From NCBI GenBank assembly GCA_902826755.1, contig CADEGB010000001.1, positions 1 through 63,831 of the forward strand: a stretch of 63,831 nucleotides of DNA, given 5' to 3'. The stretch's first letter is position 1. Each line of letters begins with the position of its first letter. The notes beneath the pieces were generated by a model. It ran no database searches and was not told the DNA's origin. It saw only the letters and a program-made list of their open reading frames with translations. Source of the DNA: an uncultured Gemmatimonadota bacterium (GTDB lineage: Bacteria; Gemmatimonadota; Gemmatimonadetes; Gemmatimonadales; GWC2-71-9). Made by a program: the position numbers and the translations under genes. Below are positions 8,850 through 18,526 of this stretch, in pieces.

Positions 8850-10040
8850 ATGACCAACCCCGTCACTCGCGTCACCAGCCGCCGCGCGGCCCTCGCCGCG
8901 CTCGGCACCGGCCTGCTCGCTCCCGCGGTGCTCCGCGGCCGCTTCCAGCTCTTTGCCCAGACCCCGGCTCGGTACTCGGCGCGAGCCATCAAGCTGGTCG
9001 AGGAATCGCTCACCATCGACATGCTGAACCAGTTCCGGTTCCCCGACTACGCCGTCAAACCGCCTCTCGCCGAACAATGGCTCCGGACCCCCGGCGCCTT
9101 CACCGCCGAACAGTTCGCGGCGTACCGGGACTCGGGCCTCAAGGTCTTTGCGCTCGGACATGGCGCGGCCGACTATGCCGCCGGGGTCAAGTTCTACGCT
9201 GACTGGAACGGGTTCCTGGCCGGCTACAGCGACTGGCTGATCCGGATCGACGACGTCACCGACTTCGAGCGGGTCCGCTCGCCTGGCAAAGTCGGAATCA
9301 TGCTGACCTTCCAGGGTTCCGACCATTTCCGAACCCCCGACGACGTCGACACGTTCTGGGCCCTCGGCCAGCGGGTCTCCCAGCTGACCTACAACTACGC
9401 CAACCGCCTCGGGGCTGGGTTCCTCGAACACCAGGATGGAGGACTGACCGTTTTCGGCGGCTCGATCGTGGCGCGGATGAACCAGGTGGGCATGGCGGTC
9501 GACCTCTCCCACTGCGGCGACCGAACCACCCTCGACGGCATCGCCGCGTCGAAGGCACCGCCGATCTTTACCCACGCGAGCTGCCGGGCCCTGGTACCCG
9601 GCGGCCTCCGTTGCAAGACCGACGAGGCCATCCGGGCGCTTGCCAAGTCCGGTGGCGTCATGGGAATCCCCTTCCTCCGATTCATGGTCCGCGATCGCGA
9701 GCCGGTGACGGTCGAGCACGTGCTCGATCACTTCGATCACGTGGTGAAGCTGGTCGGCGTGGAGTATGTCGGCGTCGGAAGCGACATGGATCTGGTCGGC
9801 AACCCGAATCCCGTCAACGGGCCGCCGATGATCGAAACGCCGAACTGGGAGCGCTATCTCCTCCATCGTGACCCGGAGGGGCGGATCACCGTCAGCGGAC
9901 TCGATCACCCGAAGCGGACGTTCGACCTGGCCGAGGGCCTGATCCGTCGCCGTCACGCCGATGCCGACATCCGGCTCATCCTCGGCGGCAACTTTGCGCG
10001 GGTTCTCGGGACGATCTGGCGCGGGGTCGGAAAACCGTAG
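8850..10040 (+). CDS. Membrane (renal-type) dipeptidase family M19 protein with a Tat-type signal
   Basis: Family motifs DLSHCGDRTTLDGI, PPIFTHASCRAL, GVGSDMDL and ILGGNFARVL are present. The N-terminus MTNPVTRVTSRRAALAALGTGLLAP looks twin-arginine. The internal ATG at 8850 is preferred over the ORF-track start at 8805. Confidence 0.75.
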   Translation: MTNPVTRVTSRRAALAALGTGLLAPAVLRGRFQLFAQTPARYSARAIKLVEESLTIDMLNQFRFPDYAVKPPLAEQWLRTPGAFTAEQFAAYRDSGLKVFALGHGAADYAAGVKFYADWNGFLAGYSDWLIRIDDVTDFERVRSPGKVGIMLTFQGSDHFRTPDDVDTFWALGQRVSQLTYNYANRLGAGFLEHQDGGLTVFGGSIVARMNQVGMAVDLSHCGDRTTLDGIAASKAPPIFTHASCRALVPGGLRCKTDEAIRALAKSGGVMGIPFLRFMVRDREPVTVEHVLDHFDHVVKLVGVEYVGVGSDMDLVGNPNPVNGPPMIETPNWERYLLHRDPEGRITVSGLDHPKRTFDLAEGLIRRRHADADIRLILGGNFARVLGTIWRGVGKP

Positions 10041-10044
10041 CCGC

Positions 10045-11292
10045 ATGCTCCTGTCGATCCTGATGTTCCTCGCGGTCCAGGAACCGCTGATCCTCACCAA
10101 CGTCGTCGTCATCGACGGGCGGGGCGGGCCGCCCGCGGCCGGCCGCAGCGTCGTGGTGGAGCGCGGTCGGATCACCGCCGTGGGTCCCGTCGGCTCGGTG
10201 CCGACTCCCCCGGGCGCTCGGGTCGTCGACCTCTCCGGCCAATTCCTGATTCCGGGTCTGATCGACACCCACCTCCACGGGCCGCCCGACTCCGCCAAGG
10301 TGGTGGCGCGGCTCGAGTGGCTGTTCCGCCACGGGATCACCACCGCACGCGACATGGCCGGCGACGCCCACGTCTTCCGCCAGGCGGCCGGCGCGGCCGC
10401 TGGCGCGGAGAGCCCGCTGGCCCGACTTCACTACGTGGCCTTCTGGGCCGGCCCCTCCTTCTACGAGGTCGACCGACGCCCGATCGGGTCAACCCAGGGC
10501 AAGCCGCCGGGCACCGTGCCCTGGTTTCAAGCCATCGACGCCGCCAGCGACCTCGACCGCATGGCGAGCGAGGCGGTGAAGACCGGCGCGCACGCCCTCA
10601 AGCTCTACGCCGATTTCTCCCCCGATCGATTCCGGGCGGCCGTCCGCGCGGCCCACGATCGTGGCATCCTGGCGGCAAGCCACGTGGCCGTGTTCCCGCT
10701 CCGTCCGCGCGAGGTGATCGCGGCGGGAGTGAACACGGTGTCGCACGCGGCCCTCCTGGTCTGGGAGGCGGTCGATTCCCTCCCGAGTCGGTTCCACGTT
10801 CCCCCGAACACCAACTTCGGCCCCATCGGGCCGTACGACCGGGTGCCGGCCGACGATCCTCGGATCGTGGCGGTGCTCGAGACGATGCGGGATCGCGCCA
10901 TCGTGCTCGACGCGACGGTCTCGACCATCGCGCGGGGCATCTCGCCGGCCGCATCCACTTGGGCCCTCCGGGTCACGGCGCTCGCCCGACGGATCGGGGT
11001 TCCGATCAGCGCCGGCACCGATCGCCCGGAGGATCCGGCCCCGGATCGACAACCGGCCCTGTTCGACGAGATCGAGTTGCTGGTGACCGGCGCGGGCTTC
11101 ACCCCGCTCGAGGCAATTACCGTCGCCACCCGTAACGGCGCCCGGGCCCTTGGAATCGACCGGGACGGCGGTACCATCGAGCCCGGCAAAGTGGCCGACC
11201 TGGTGGTCTTCCGCGCCGACCCGACCAGAGACATCACGGTGCTCCGGCACCCGGCCATGGTGATCAAGGCGGGGACGATCTCGCGGCCCTGA
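10045..11292 (+). CDS. Amidohydrolase-family metal-dependent hydrolase (secreted)
   Basis: It has the PGLIDTHLHG (HxH) motif, a hydrophobic N-terminus MLLSILMFLAV, and a C-terminal GTIEPGKVADLVV motif typical of amidohydrolase_1/3 proteins. The ATG at 10045 lies 5 nt after the upstream stop. Confidence 0.75.
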   Translation: MLLSILMFLAVQEPLILTNVVVIDGRGGPPAAGRSVVVERGRITAVGPVGSVPTPPGARVVDLSGQFLIPGLIDTHLHGPPDSAKVVARLEWLFRHGITTARDMAGDAHVFRQAAGAAAGAESPLARLHYVAFWAGPSFYEVDRRPIGSTQGKPPGTVPWFQAIDAASDLDRMASEAVKTGAHALKLYADFSPDRFRAAVRAAHDRGILAASHVAVFPLRPREVIAAGVNTVSHAALLVWEAVDSLPSRFHVPPNTNFGPIGPYDRVPADDPRIVAVLETMRDRAIVLDATVSTIARGISPAASTWALRVTALARRIGVPISAGTDRPEDPAPDRQPALFDEIELLVTGAGFTPLEAITVATRNGARALGIDRDGGTIEPGKVADLVVFRADPTRDITVLRHPAMVIKAGTISRP

Positions 11293-11352
11293 TTCGAACG
11301 TTTCGGGGGCGAGCCGGGTCTGAGTCTCATCCCCGGACGGTCAGGGCCCCTC

Positions 11353-13800
11353 ATGTCGTTCGCCACCGAACTCCGCCACGCCGGCCGATCCTTGGTCCGG
11401 CGCCCCGCCTTCGGCATCGTCGTCGTCCTGACCATCGCGGTCGGCGTCGCGGCCAACTCGAGCATCTTCAGCGTCGTCAATGCGGTGCTGCTCCAGCCGA
11501 TTCCGGTCCGCGACCCCGATCGCCTGATCCGGCCGGACGTCCGCATGGCCGGCGGCGGCGGATTCCTGATCTCTACGTCAGTCCCGAACTTCAAGGACTG
11601 GAGGCAGCGGAACCGAACCCTCGCCTCGATAGGGCTCAATGCCAACCGGCAATACACCCTTACCGGTGGTGACCGGCCTGCCATCGTCAACGCCCGCCTC
11701 ATCCTCGGCGACTTCTTCGAAACGCTGGGCGTCCCGCCGGCCCGTGGCCGCTGGATCACCGCGGACCAGACGGACCAGGGGGCCGCCGCGCTCGCGGTCG
11801 TCACCGCGCGCTTCGTGACCGACCATCTCGATCCAGCCGCCGATCCCATCGGGCAGACGATCACGCTCGACGGTGAGCCCTTCACCATCGTCGGTGTCAT
11901 GCCGCCCCGTTTCACCTTCCCCAGTCCGGAAACCGGGGTCTATCTGCCCATGGGGTACTTCTCCCGCCAACTGTGTTGGGAGGCCCGCGGCTGTTCTCAG
12001 GGATCGTGGTCGATCGGCCGGCTCAAGCCGGGTGTGACGCTGGCCGACGGGTCGGCGGATTTCGATCGGATCTGGCGCGAGATCAACGAACTCGAGGGTC
12101 GGGAGCAGGCCCGCCCGGAACTACATCCGCTGATCGACCGCACCGTTGGCGAGACCCGGACGCCGGTGCTCGTCCTGATGGGCGCCGTCGGGTTCGTGCT
12201 GCTGATCGCCTGCGCCAACGTGGCCAGCCTGATCCTGGCACGAGGTGAGTCGCGTCGCCGCGACCTTGCGGTCCGGGCGGCCCTCGGGGCGAGTCGCGGT
12301 CAGCTCCTGGCCGCCATGTTGGCCGAGACCACACTCCTTTCGCTGGCGGGTGCCATCGTCGGTCTGGCCCTGACGGTCGTGGGCCTCCGTTTCCTGCGGC
12401 CGCTGGTGGCCGGCCAGCTCCCGGCGTTTGCCGCCGACCGAATCGGCATCGATCCCGCCGTCCTGGCCTTTACGGTGGGAGCCTCGCTGCTGGCCGGACT
12501 CCTGTTTGGCCTGGCCCCCGCCCTTCGCGGCGCCGCGGTCGCCAACGATGACCTCCGCCACGGCAATCGCGCCATCGGCGGATCGGCCCGCCAACGCTTC
12601 CGGTCGGCCCTGGTCGTCAGCGAGGTGGCGCTGTCGCTGGTGCTCCTGACCGGCGCGGGATTGATGATCCGGAGCATCGGCAACCTCCAGCGGGTCGACA
12701 AAGGATTCGACGGGCGCAACGTGCTCACCGCTGAAGTGCCCCTCCCCGCCATCCGCTACGGCGAAAAGGAGAAGTCGCTCCCGTTCTTCGACCGCCTGAC
12801 GGAGCGGGCCCGCGCCCTCCCGGGGGTCACCAAGGTCGCCTTCTCGAACTCGGTGCCACTCTCCGGCAACAGTTGGGAAAACGGCATCATCCCCGAAGGT
12901 CTCGACCCCGCGGATCCGAAGAACTTCCAGTCGGTCCAGTTCCAGTTCGTCACCCCCGAGTACTTCGACGCGTTGGGCCTTCGCCTCGTCAAGGGCCGTT
13001 TCTTCTCTGACGCCGACCGAGAGGGCAGCCCCCGGGTGGCCATCATTGACGAGACGATGGCCGAGCGCTTCTGGCCGGGTCAGGATCCGCTCGGCAAGCG
13101 GGTTTCCTACGAGACCGAAGGATCGACCGGCCACAATCAGCCGGCGGCCCGGCTCTGGCGCGAGGTGGTCGGCGTGACCCGCAATGTCCGCCACTACGAA
13201 TTGGAGTCGCCATCCCGGATTCAGATCTACGTGCCCGCCCATCAAAGCGGTCTCTCCTGGAGTCGGACCCTCCGCCTCGTCGTTGCCACCACCGGCGATC
13301 CCCGACGGGTCGCCGAGCCCCTCCGTCAACTGGTGAGCGAGCTCGACCCCGATGTACCCCTCGCCGAGGTGTCCACGATGGAGGCGCTGGTCGAAGGCGC
13401 GTTGGGTCAGACCCGAGTCGTGGGTGAGTTGCTCACCGTGTTCAGCGCCGTGGCCGCCGCGCTCGCCGGCCTCGGCCTATTCGGGTTGCTCGCGTACACC
13501 GTGGCGCAGCGAGTCCGGGAGATCGGGGTCCGAATGGCGCTCGGCGCCAGCACGGGTCAGGTGGTCCGCCTGGTGGCCGGACAGGGGCTCCGACTTGCAG
13601 GCCTCGGCATCGTGGTTGGCGTCGGCGCGGCCTTCGGGCTGACCCGGCTGCTCCGGGGCGTCCTCTTCGAGGTCGAACCGGCGGATCCGGTCACCTTCGG
13701 CCTGACCGCCGTCGGCCTCCTCGTGGTCGCGGTGGCGGCCGCCGTGATCCCGGCGCGGCGGGCGGCCCGAACCGACCCGGTGGTGGTTCTTCGCGAATAG
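11353..13800 (+). CDS. Duplicated FtsX/MacB-type permease, ADOP (acidobacterial duplicated orphan permease)-like
   Basis: The protein is 815 aa with two MacB-like periplasmic domains, each followed by an FtsX 3-TM bundle. The motif RE[IL]G[IV]R.ALGA occurs twice (RRRDLAVRAALGASRGQ and REIGVRMALGASTGQ). No ABC ATPase gene is adjacent. Confidence 0.85.
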   Translation: MSFATELRHAGRSLVRRPAFGIVVVLTIAVGVAANSSIFSVVNAVLLQPIPVRDPDRLIRPDVRMAGGGGFLISTSVPNFKDWRQRNRTLASIGLNANRQYTLTGGDRPAIVNARLILGDFFETLGVPPARGRWITADQTDQGAAALAVVTARFVTDHLDPAADPIGQTITLDGEPFTIVGVMPPRFTFPSPETGVYLPMGYFSRQLCWEARGCSQGSWSIGRLKPGVTLADGSADFDRIWREINELEGREQARPELHPLIDRTVGETRTPVLVLMGAVGFVLLIACANVASLILARGESRRRDLAVRAALGASRGQLLAAMLAETTLLSLAGAIVGLALTVVGLRFLRPLVAGQLPAFAADRIGIDPAVLAFTVGASLLAGLLFGLAPALRGAAVANDDLRHGNRAIGGSARQRFRSALVVSEVALSLVLLTGAGLMIRSIGNLQRVDKGFDGRNVLTAEVPLPAIRYGEKEKSLPFFDRLTERARALPGVTKVAFSNSVPLSGNSWENGIIPEGLDPADPKNFQSVQFQFVTPEYFDALGLRLVKGRFFSDADREGSPRVAIIDETMAERFWPGQDPLGKRVSYETEGSTGHNQPAARLWREVVGVTRNVRHYELESPSRIQIYVPAHQSGLSWSRTLRLVVATTGDPRRVAEPLRQLVSELDPDVPLAEVSTMEALVEGALGQTRVVGELLTVFSAVAAALAGLGLFGLLAYTVAQRVREIGVRMALGASTGQVVRLVAGQGLRLAGLGIVVGVGAAFGLTRLLRGVLFEVEPADPVTFGLTAVGLLVVAVAAAVIPARRAARTDPVVVLRE

Positions 13801-13833
13801 GAAACCGGCGCCCGGCGGCCGCCGTCAGGTTGG

Positions 13834-14880
13834 GTGAGGCCAAACCCCATGCCCAACCACGCTCCCCGGCGCTCCGCCGCCCGCCCGATCGAGACCTCGC
13901 CCGATCGCGTCCTCCACGCGAGTCGCGAGGTACGGATCGGTGCGTTCCGGTGCCCGCTCGACCGCCACGACTTTGCCACCGCGGGCCCGATCGAGGGGTA
14001 CACCATCGGTTTTCCCCGCACCGCCGTCTGGATCGAACACGCCGGTCACCCCCCCTTCGTGGCGGATCCCGGCATCGTCACCATCTACAACCTCGGGCAA
14101 CGCTATCGCCGCCAGCCCCTGGCGCCCGACGGTGACCGGGTCGACTGGTTCAGCGTCAGCCGCGAGCTGGCCGAGTCTCTCGTCGCCGACCTCGATCCGG
14201 AGGCGGCCGCCGCGCCGGGCGGGCCGTTCCCCGTCCCATTTGCCCGGATCCCGATGGCCATCTACTGCCACCAGCGATGGCTTTTCAATCGGATCCGCCG
14301 GGGCGACCTCCACGACCCGTTCGAGATCGAGCAGGAGGTGACCATGCTCCTCGGCACCGTTCTCCGGTGGACGGTCGGGAACCGGCGGCGGACCAGAGCC
14401 ACCCCCTCGCAGCGACACCAGGACCTGGTCGAGCGCACCCGAGCCACGCTGGCCGCCGATCCGTTCCGCCGGTCGACCGTGCGCGACCTGGCCGCGCGGG
14501 TCGGGACCTCGCCATTCCACCTCTGTCGGATCTTCCATCGAGCCACCGGACTCACCCTGCATCATCATCAGCTCGAGATCAGGACCCGGCTGGCCGTCGA
14601 GCGCGTCGAGCAGGGCGACAGCCTGAGCCGAGTGGCGTTCGAGCTCGGCTTCTCGAGCCACAGTCACTTCACGGCCGAGTTCCGGCGCCGGATCGGCCTC
14701 GCGCCCTCACGTCTCCGCACCGCGCTCGCGCCACCCTTCGGCCGCTCACTCGCGGGGCAAGTACATCTGCCGAAAGAGCCGCCACTGGTCTCCCTCCCGC
14801 CGCAGCACCGTCAGGTATTCGGTCCGCGACGTCGCCGAATCGACCACCGAATCGCCGGCAAGGGTTTCCCACGCCAATAG
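13834..14880 (+). CDS. AraC-family transcriptional regulator
   Basis: The C-terminus has a double HTH: VRDLAARVGTSPFHLCRIFHRATG and LSRVAFELGFSSHSHFTAEFRRRIGLAPSRLR. The last 60 aa or so look like non-protein sequence, and the last 45 aa are antisense to the next gene, but no earlier in-frame stop exists. The start is uncertain (GTG 13834 or ATG 13849). Confidence 0.75.
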   Translation: MRPNPMPNHAPRRSAARPIETSPDRVLHASREVRIGAFRCPLDRHDFATAGPIEGYTIGFPRTAVWIEHAGHPPFVADPGIVTIYNLGQRYRRQPLAPDGDRVDWFSVSRELAESLVADLDPEAAAAPGGPFPVPFARIPMAIYCHQRWLFNRIRRGDLHDPFEIEQEVTMLLGTVLRWTVGNRRRTRATPSQRHQDLVERTRATLAADPFRRSTVRDLAARVGTSPFHLCRIFHRATGLTLHHHQLEIRTRLAVERVEQGDSLSRVAFELGFSSHSHFTAEFRRRIGLAPSRLRTALAPPFGRSLAGQVHLPKEPPLVSLPPQHRQVFGPRRRRIDHRIAGKGFPRQ

Positions 14881-15222
14881 CGAGATCCCCTCGGCCACCG
14901 CAAAGCGACCACTGCCGTGGATCGCCTCGCCGGTGATCTCGTACTTCGTGATGCGGAAACCCGTCGCCCCGGTGGGGAACCAGAACGACCGGAGCGCGGC
15001 GGCCCCGCGAACCGGCGGCGTGGTGGCCCCGGGAACGAACAGGGTAATCTCGTCGCTGACGTGAGCCATCACCGCGGCCTCGTCGTTGCGGAGCCAGGCC
15101 TCCCGATACGATTCCAGGGCTCGGCGGACCGCGGCCACCTCGGCGGACGACAGGTCTTTCGACGGCGCGCAGCCGGCCATGACCAGTCCCAGGGCAAGTC
15201 CCGATACCAAGCGAAGCGACAT
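14746..15222 (-). CDS. SnoaL-like/DUF4440 (NTF2-fold) lipoprotein
   Basis: The signal plus lipobox reads LALGLVMAGC. The NTF2-like core reads AVRRALESYREAWLRNDEAAVMAHVSDEITLF. The second ATG (15222) is preceded by GGAGAAGGAA. Confidence 0.7.
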   Translation of the reverse strand: MSLRLVSGLALGLVMAGCAPSKDLSSAEVAAVRRALESYREAWLRNDEAAVMAHVSDEITLFVPGATTPPVRGAAALRSFWFPTGATGFRITKYEITGEAIHGSGRFAVAEGISLLAWETLAGDSVVDSATSRTEYLTVLRREGDQWRLFRQMYLPRE

Positions 15223-15445
15223 GGGTTCCTTCTCCATTGCGGGGCGAGGGAAGAATGCGTGCAGGCCAGCCCCGCGGCTGTCAGCCTATTGCGCGGGAAC
15301 TCGGCCAACCGAGCCCGCGATGGGGGAGCAATCCGGCGATAGCCATGGGACGGCACCCCAACCACCTTCTGGATCGGATCTCGCCGCTGGCCCGGACCAT
15401 CAGACCGGACCAACCTGGCGCGCCGAACGACCCCGGGAGCGTCGA

Positions 15446-17143
15446 ATGCGTCGTGCCCTGCTGATCTTCGCCAGTCTCGTCGTCTTCTTCGCCAGGTCTC
15501 CGGCTCGAGCCCAGGGCCCGGGATCGACATCGGGCCCTCCCCCGGAAGTGGCCGCCGCCCAGGCATTGCTCCAATCGGGCCAAGTCGACAGCGCCATCGC
15601 CACCTTGGAGGCGTTCTTTCGCCGAGTTCCCAACGCGGTCGCCGGCCGCCTGGTGCTCGGCAACGCCTACCGCCAGAAGGGCGATCTCGCTCGAGCGTTG
15701 GCGACCTATCTCGCCATCACCCAACCGCGGCCCATCATGATCCAGGCTCGCTTCAACGCGGCCGGCGTCCACGCACGCGGCGGCAACTCCGACGAAGCGA
15801 TCCGGCTCCTCCGGGAGGTCAAGGCAACCGGCGCCTTCGACATGGATCAGGTCAGTGTCGCGCCCGACTTCGCCTCGCTCCAGACCGACCCGAGACTGCC
15901 GGAGGTGATGTTCCGCCCTGCGGACTTCGAACGGCCGTTCGTGGAACCGGTCCGGATCATCCACGAGTGGGTCGGGGAGACCAAGGGCGACCAGTTTAGC
16001 TGGATTGCCCGCGGCATCGGGGACGTCGACGGCGATCGGATCAATGACGTCGTCACCTCGGCGCCGTCGTTTGCCGCCACCGGCACGTCATCAGGCAAGG
16101 GCCGGGTCTACCTCTACTCGGGAAAGACTGGCCGGTCCCTCTGGACCTTTACCGGTGCCGAGGGCGATGGCGTCGGCACCGGACTCGAGGGTGCCGGTGA
16201 TGTCGATCGCGACGGGGTGCCTGACGTCGTGGCGGGGGCGCCCGGGAACAGCCGAGCCTACCTCCTCTCCGGTCGCGACGGCGCCGTCCTCCGAACCCTC
16301 ACGCCGCAGGGACCGGGAGAAGGGTTCGGTCAATCGGCCGCGGGAGCCGGCGACCAGAACGGCGACGGCCACGCCGACGTGCTCGTCGGAGCCCCGAGCG
16401 CCGGGCATGGCGCCGCCGGCGCGGGCCGGGTCTACCTCTTTTCCGGCCGAGACGGTTCGCTGCTTCGGGTCCTCGACGGCCAGAAGGCGGCCGACGGATT
16501 CGGCAGCATTGTCGCTGGGGTCAAAACCGGGAAGGGCACGCCATTCGTGGTCGGCGCAGCGGGCGGTGGACCGGCGGCGCGGGGGCGGGTGTCGGTCTTC
16601 CCCGGCCCCGACCGGCCCGCCACTCTGACGATCGACCCGGATTCGACCGGTGCGGCGTTAGGCGCCATGTTCGTCTCGGTCGTGGGCGATGTCGATGGCG
16701 ACCGGGTGCCCGACGTCTATGCCAGCGATTTCGCGGATCGGACCCTCGGACCCGCCACCGGGCGGATTTACGTCCATTCGGGCGCCACCGGCCGGCGACT
16801 CCTCACCCTGTCCGGCGAGCACCCTGGCGACGGATTCGGCATCGGCTCCGCCGAAGCCGGCGACGTCGATCGGGACGGGTACGACGACCTCGTCGTGGGC
16901 GCCTGGCAGTACTCGACCGTGGCCGCATCCGGCGGCAAGGTCTACCTCTACTCCGGCCGGAACGGCACCCTGCTCCGCGCCATCACCGGTCGGGTTCCCG
17001 GCGAGACCTTCGGGTTCGACGCCACCGGGATCGGCGACGTCGATGGCGACGGGACCGTCGATCTCCTCCTCACCTCGAGTTGGAGCAACATCCGCGGCTT
17101 CCGTTCCGGTCGGATGTTCGTCATCTCCGGCAAGGGCCCCTGA
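15446..17143 (+). CDS. Secreted TPR plus FG-GAP (integrin-alpha-like) beta-propeller repeat protein
   Basis: The signal peptide is MRRALLIFASLVVFFARSPARAQG. A TPR-like segment (LGNAYRQKGDLARALATY) is followed by six or more GDVD[GR]DG.xD..xGAP FG-GAP repeats. The 120 aa upstream in the ORF track are antisense noise. Confidence 0.8.
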   Translation: MRRALLIFASLVVFFARSPARAQGPGSTSGPPPEVAAAQALLQSGQVDSAIATLEAFFRRVPNAVAGRLVLGNAYRQKGDLARALATYLAITQPRPIMIQARFNAAGVHARGGNSDEAIRLLREVKATGAFDMDQVSVAPDFASLQTDPRLPEVMFRPADFERPFVEPVRIIHEWVGETKGDQFSWIARGIGDVDGDRINDVVTSAPSFAATGTSSGKGRVYLYSGKTGRSLWTFTGAEGDGVGTGLEGAGDVDRDGVPDVVAGAPGNSRAYLLSGRDGAVLRTLTPQGPGEGFGQSAAGAGDQNGDGHADVLVGAPSAGHGAAGAGRVYLFSGRDGSLLRVLDGQKAADGFGSIVAGVKTGKGTPFVVGAAGGGPAARGRVSVFPGPDRPATLTIDPDSTGAALGAMFVSVVGDVDGDRVPDVYASDFADRTLGPATGRIYVHSGATGRRLLTLSGEHPGDGFGIGSAEAGDVDRDGYDDLVVGAWQYSTVAASGGKVYLYSGRNGTLLRAITGRVPGETFGFDATGIGDVDGDGTVDLLLTSSWSNIRGFRSGRMFVISGKGP

Positions 17144-17146
17144 CGG

Positions 17147-18406
17147 TTACTCGTGCGCGATCGCCTGGATCGGGGCAAGCTCGGCGGCCCGGCGCGCGGG
17201 GTAGGTGCCGAACACGAGTCCTACCACCGATGACGAGATGATCGCCAGCAACACCGTGCCGACGGAGAGCACCGGGTAGACCGCGATCCCCGCCATCTGA
17301 CTGATCACTGCCGTCACCAGCGCCGCCAGGATCAGCCCGAACACCAGACCGATCGCGGTCCCAGCCACCGCGATCGCCACCGACTCGGCCAGGAACTGGG
17401 TCCGAATGTCTCCTCGTCGGGCGCCCACCGCCTTCCGAATCCCGATCTCCCGCGTCCGCTCGGTCACCGACGCGAGCAGCACGTTCATGATCCCGATCCC
17501 GCCGACCAGGAGCGAGATTCCCACCAGCGAGCCGATGAACAGCTTCGTGATCAGGATCGCCTGCTCCATTTCGGCCAGCATTTCGAGGCCCACGGTCACC
17601 CGGACCCGCTCCCGCCACCGGACATAACGGCTGGCGAGCCAGTCGATCGCGGCGTCCCGCAGCGGGAGAACGGCCTCGACGGTCGGCGCCTTGAGTTGCA
17701 GCGTCGGCGCGAACTTGCCACCCGGCGGCGGGTCGAGCAACGCCCCGGCCGCGCGGATCGGCGCGAAGAGGGAGAACGACGGATCGTCCTCTTCCTCGAA
17801 CGCGTCGCGAGCCAGGACGCCGATCACCCGACGGATCCGTTGCCGCACCTGGATCTGCTCCCCGACCAGCGTATACGGATCACGACCCGCGGCCAGTTCC
17901 CGCGCCAGCGCGTGATTGATCACCACGACCGGGGCGTTCCGGGACGCTTCAATCGGACTGAAAAACCGGCCAGCGCCCATGGTGATCTTCGAGAATTCGG
18001 GCAGTTCGGCCGTTCCGAGCGTCACCGAGACGTCGTGCTCGACTCCGCGATACCGCGCCATGGCCCGACCACCGAGCGACATGGTGACGGCTTGCGCGCC
18101 CGGAACGGCCCGCTGAATGGCGTCGACATCCGCGGACGTGAAAACGGGATAGTCGGTGATCGGCACGAAACGGCCGTTCTGGTAGGCCATCGTCCGCGAT
18201 CCGACCGTCACCACCTGGACCGAGGTCTCTTGTTCGATCTGACCTCGCGCAAATCCCATCACCCCGTCACTCACCGCCATGGTCGCCACCAGGGAGGCCG
18301 AGCCGATGATGATACCCGCCACGGACAGAGCCGTCCGCAACGGGTGGATTCGGAGGGCGTCCACGCCAACCTTGACGTTGGCGATCAGGGCGACCCGATT
18401 GTTCAT
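17147..18406 (-). CDS. MacB/FtsX-family ABC transporter permease (no partner ATPase nearby)
   Basis: The N-terminal TM is IHPLRTALSVAGIIIGSASLV, followed by a periplasmic domain and a C-terminal FtsX motif TERTREIGIRKAVGARRGDI. The start MNNRV is preceded by AAGGAAC. Confidence 0.85.
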   Translation of the reverse strand: MNNRVALIANVKVGVDALRIHPLRTALSVAGIIIGSASLVATMAVSDGVMGFARGQIEQETSVQVVTVGSRTMAYQNGRFVPITDYPVFTSADVDAIQRAVPGAQAVTMSLGGRAMARYRGVEHDVSVTLGTAELPEFSKITMGAGRFFSPIEASRNAPVVVINHALARELAAGRDPYTLVGEQIQVRQRIRRVIGVLARDAFEEEDDPSFSLFAPIRAAGALLDPPPGGKFAPTLQLKAPTVEAVLPLRDAAIDWLASRYVRWRERVRVTVGLEMLAEMEQAILITKLFIGSLVGISLLVGGIGIMNVLLASVTERTREIGIRKAVGARRGDIRTQFLAESVAIAVAGTAIGLVFGLILAALVTAVISQMAGIAVYPVLSVGTVLLAIISSSVVGLVFGTYPARRAAELAPIQAIAHE

Positions 18407-18526
18407 CGATGTTCCTTCGATCCGGCGAGAGGCGGTGCCCATACGGCGACACCACGGGCCCTGTTTCGATCCGACAAAGCCGGCGGATGGTGGGGTCGGC
18501 GCCGGCAATCTAACTTCCCGGCCGCG

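Noticed and set aside
17696-18526. N-terminal 277 aa of ORF 17696-19759, and similarly 15086-15445 of ORF 15086-17143
   Set aside because: These extensions are antisense to, or overlap, real neighbouring genes. The authentic proteins start at internal ATGs followed by signal or lipoprotein peptides.
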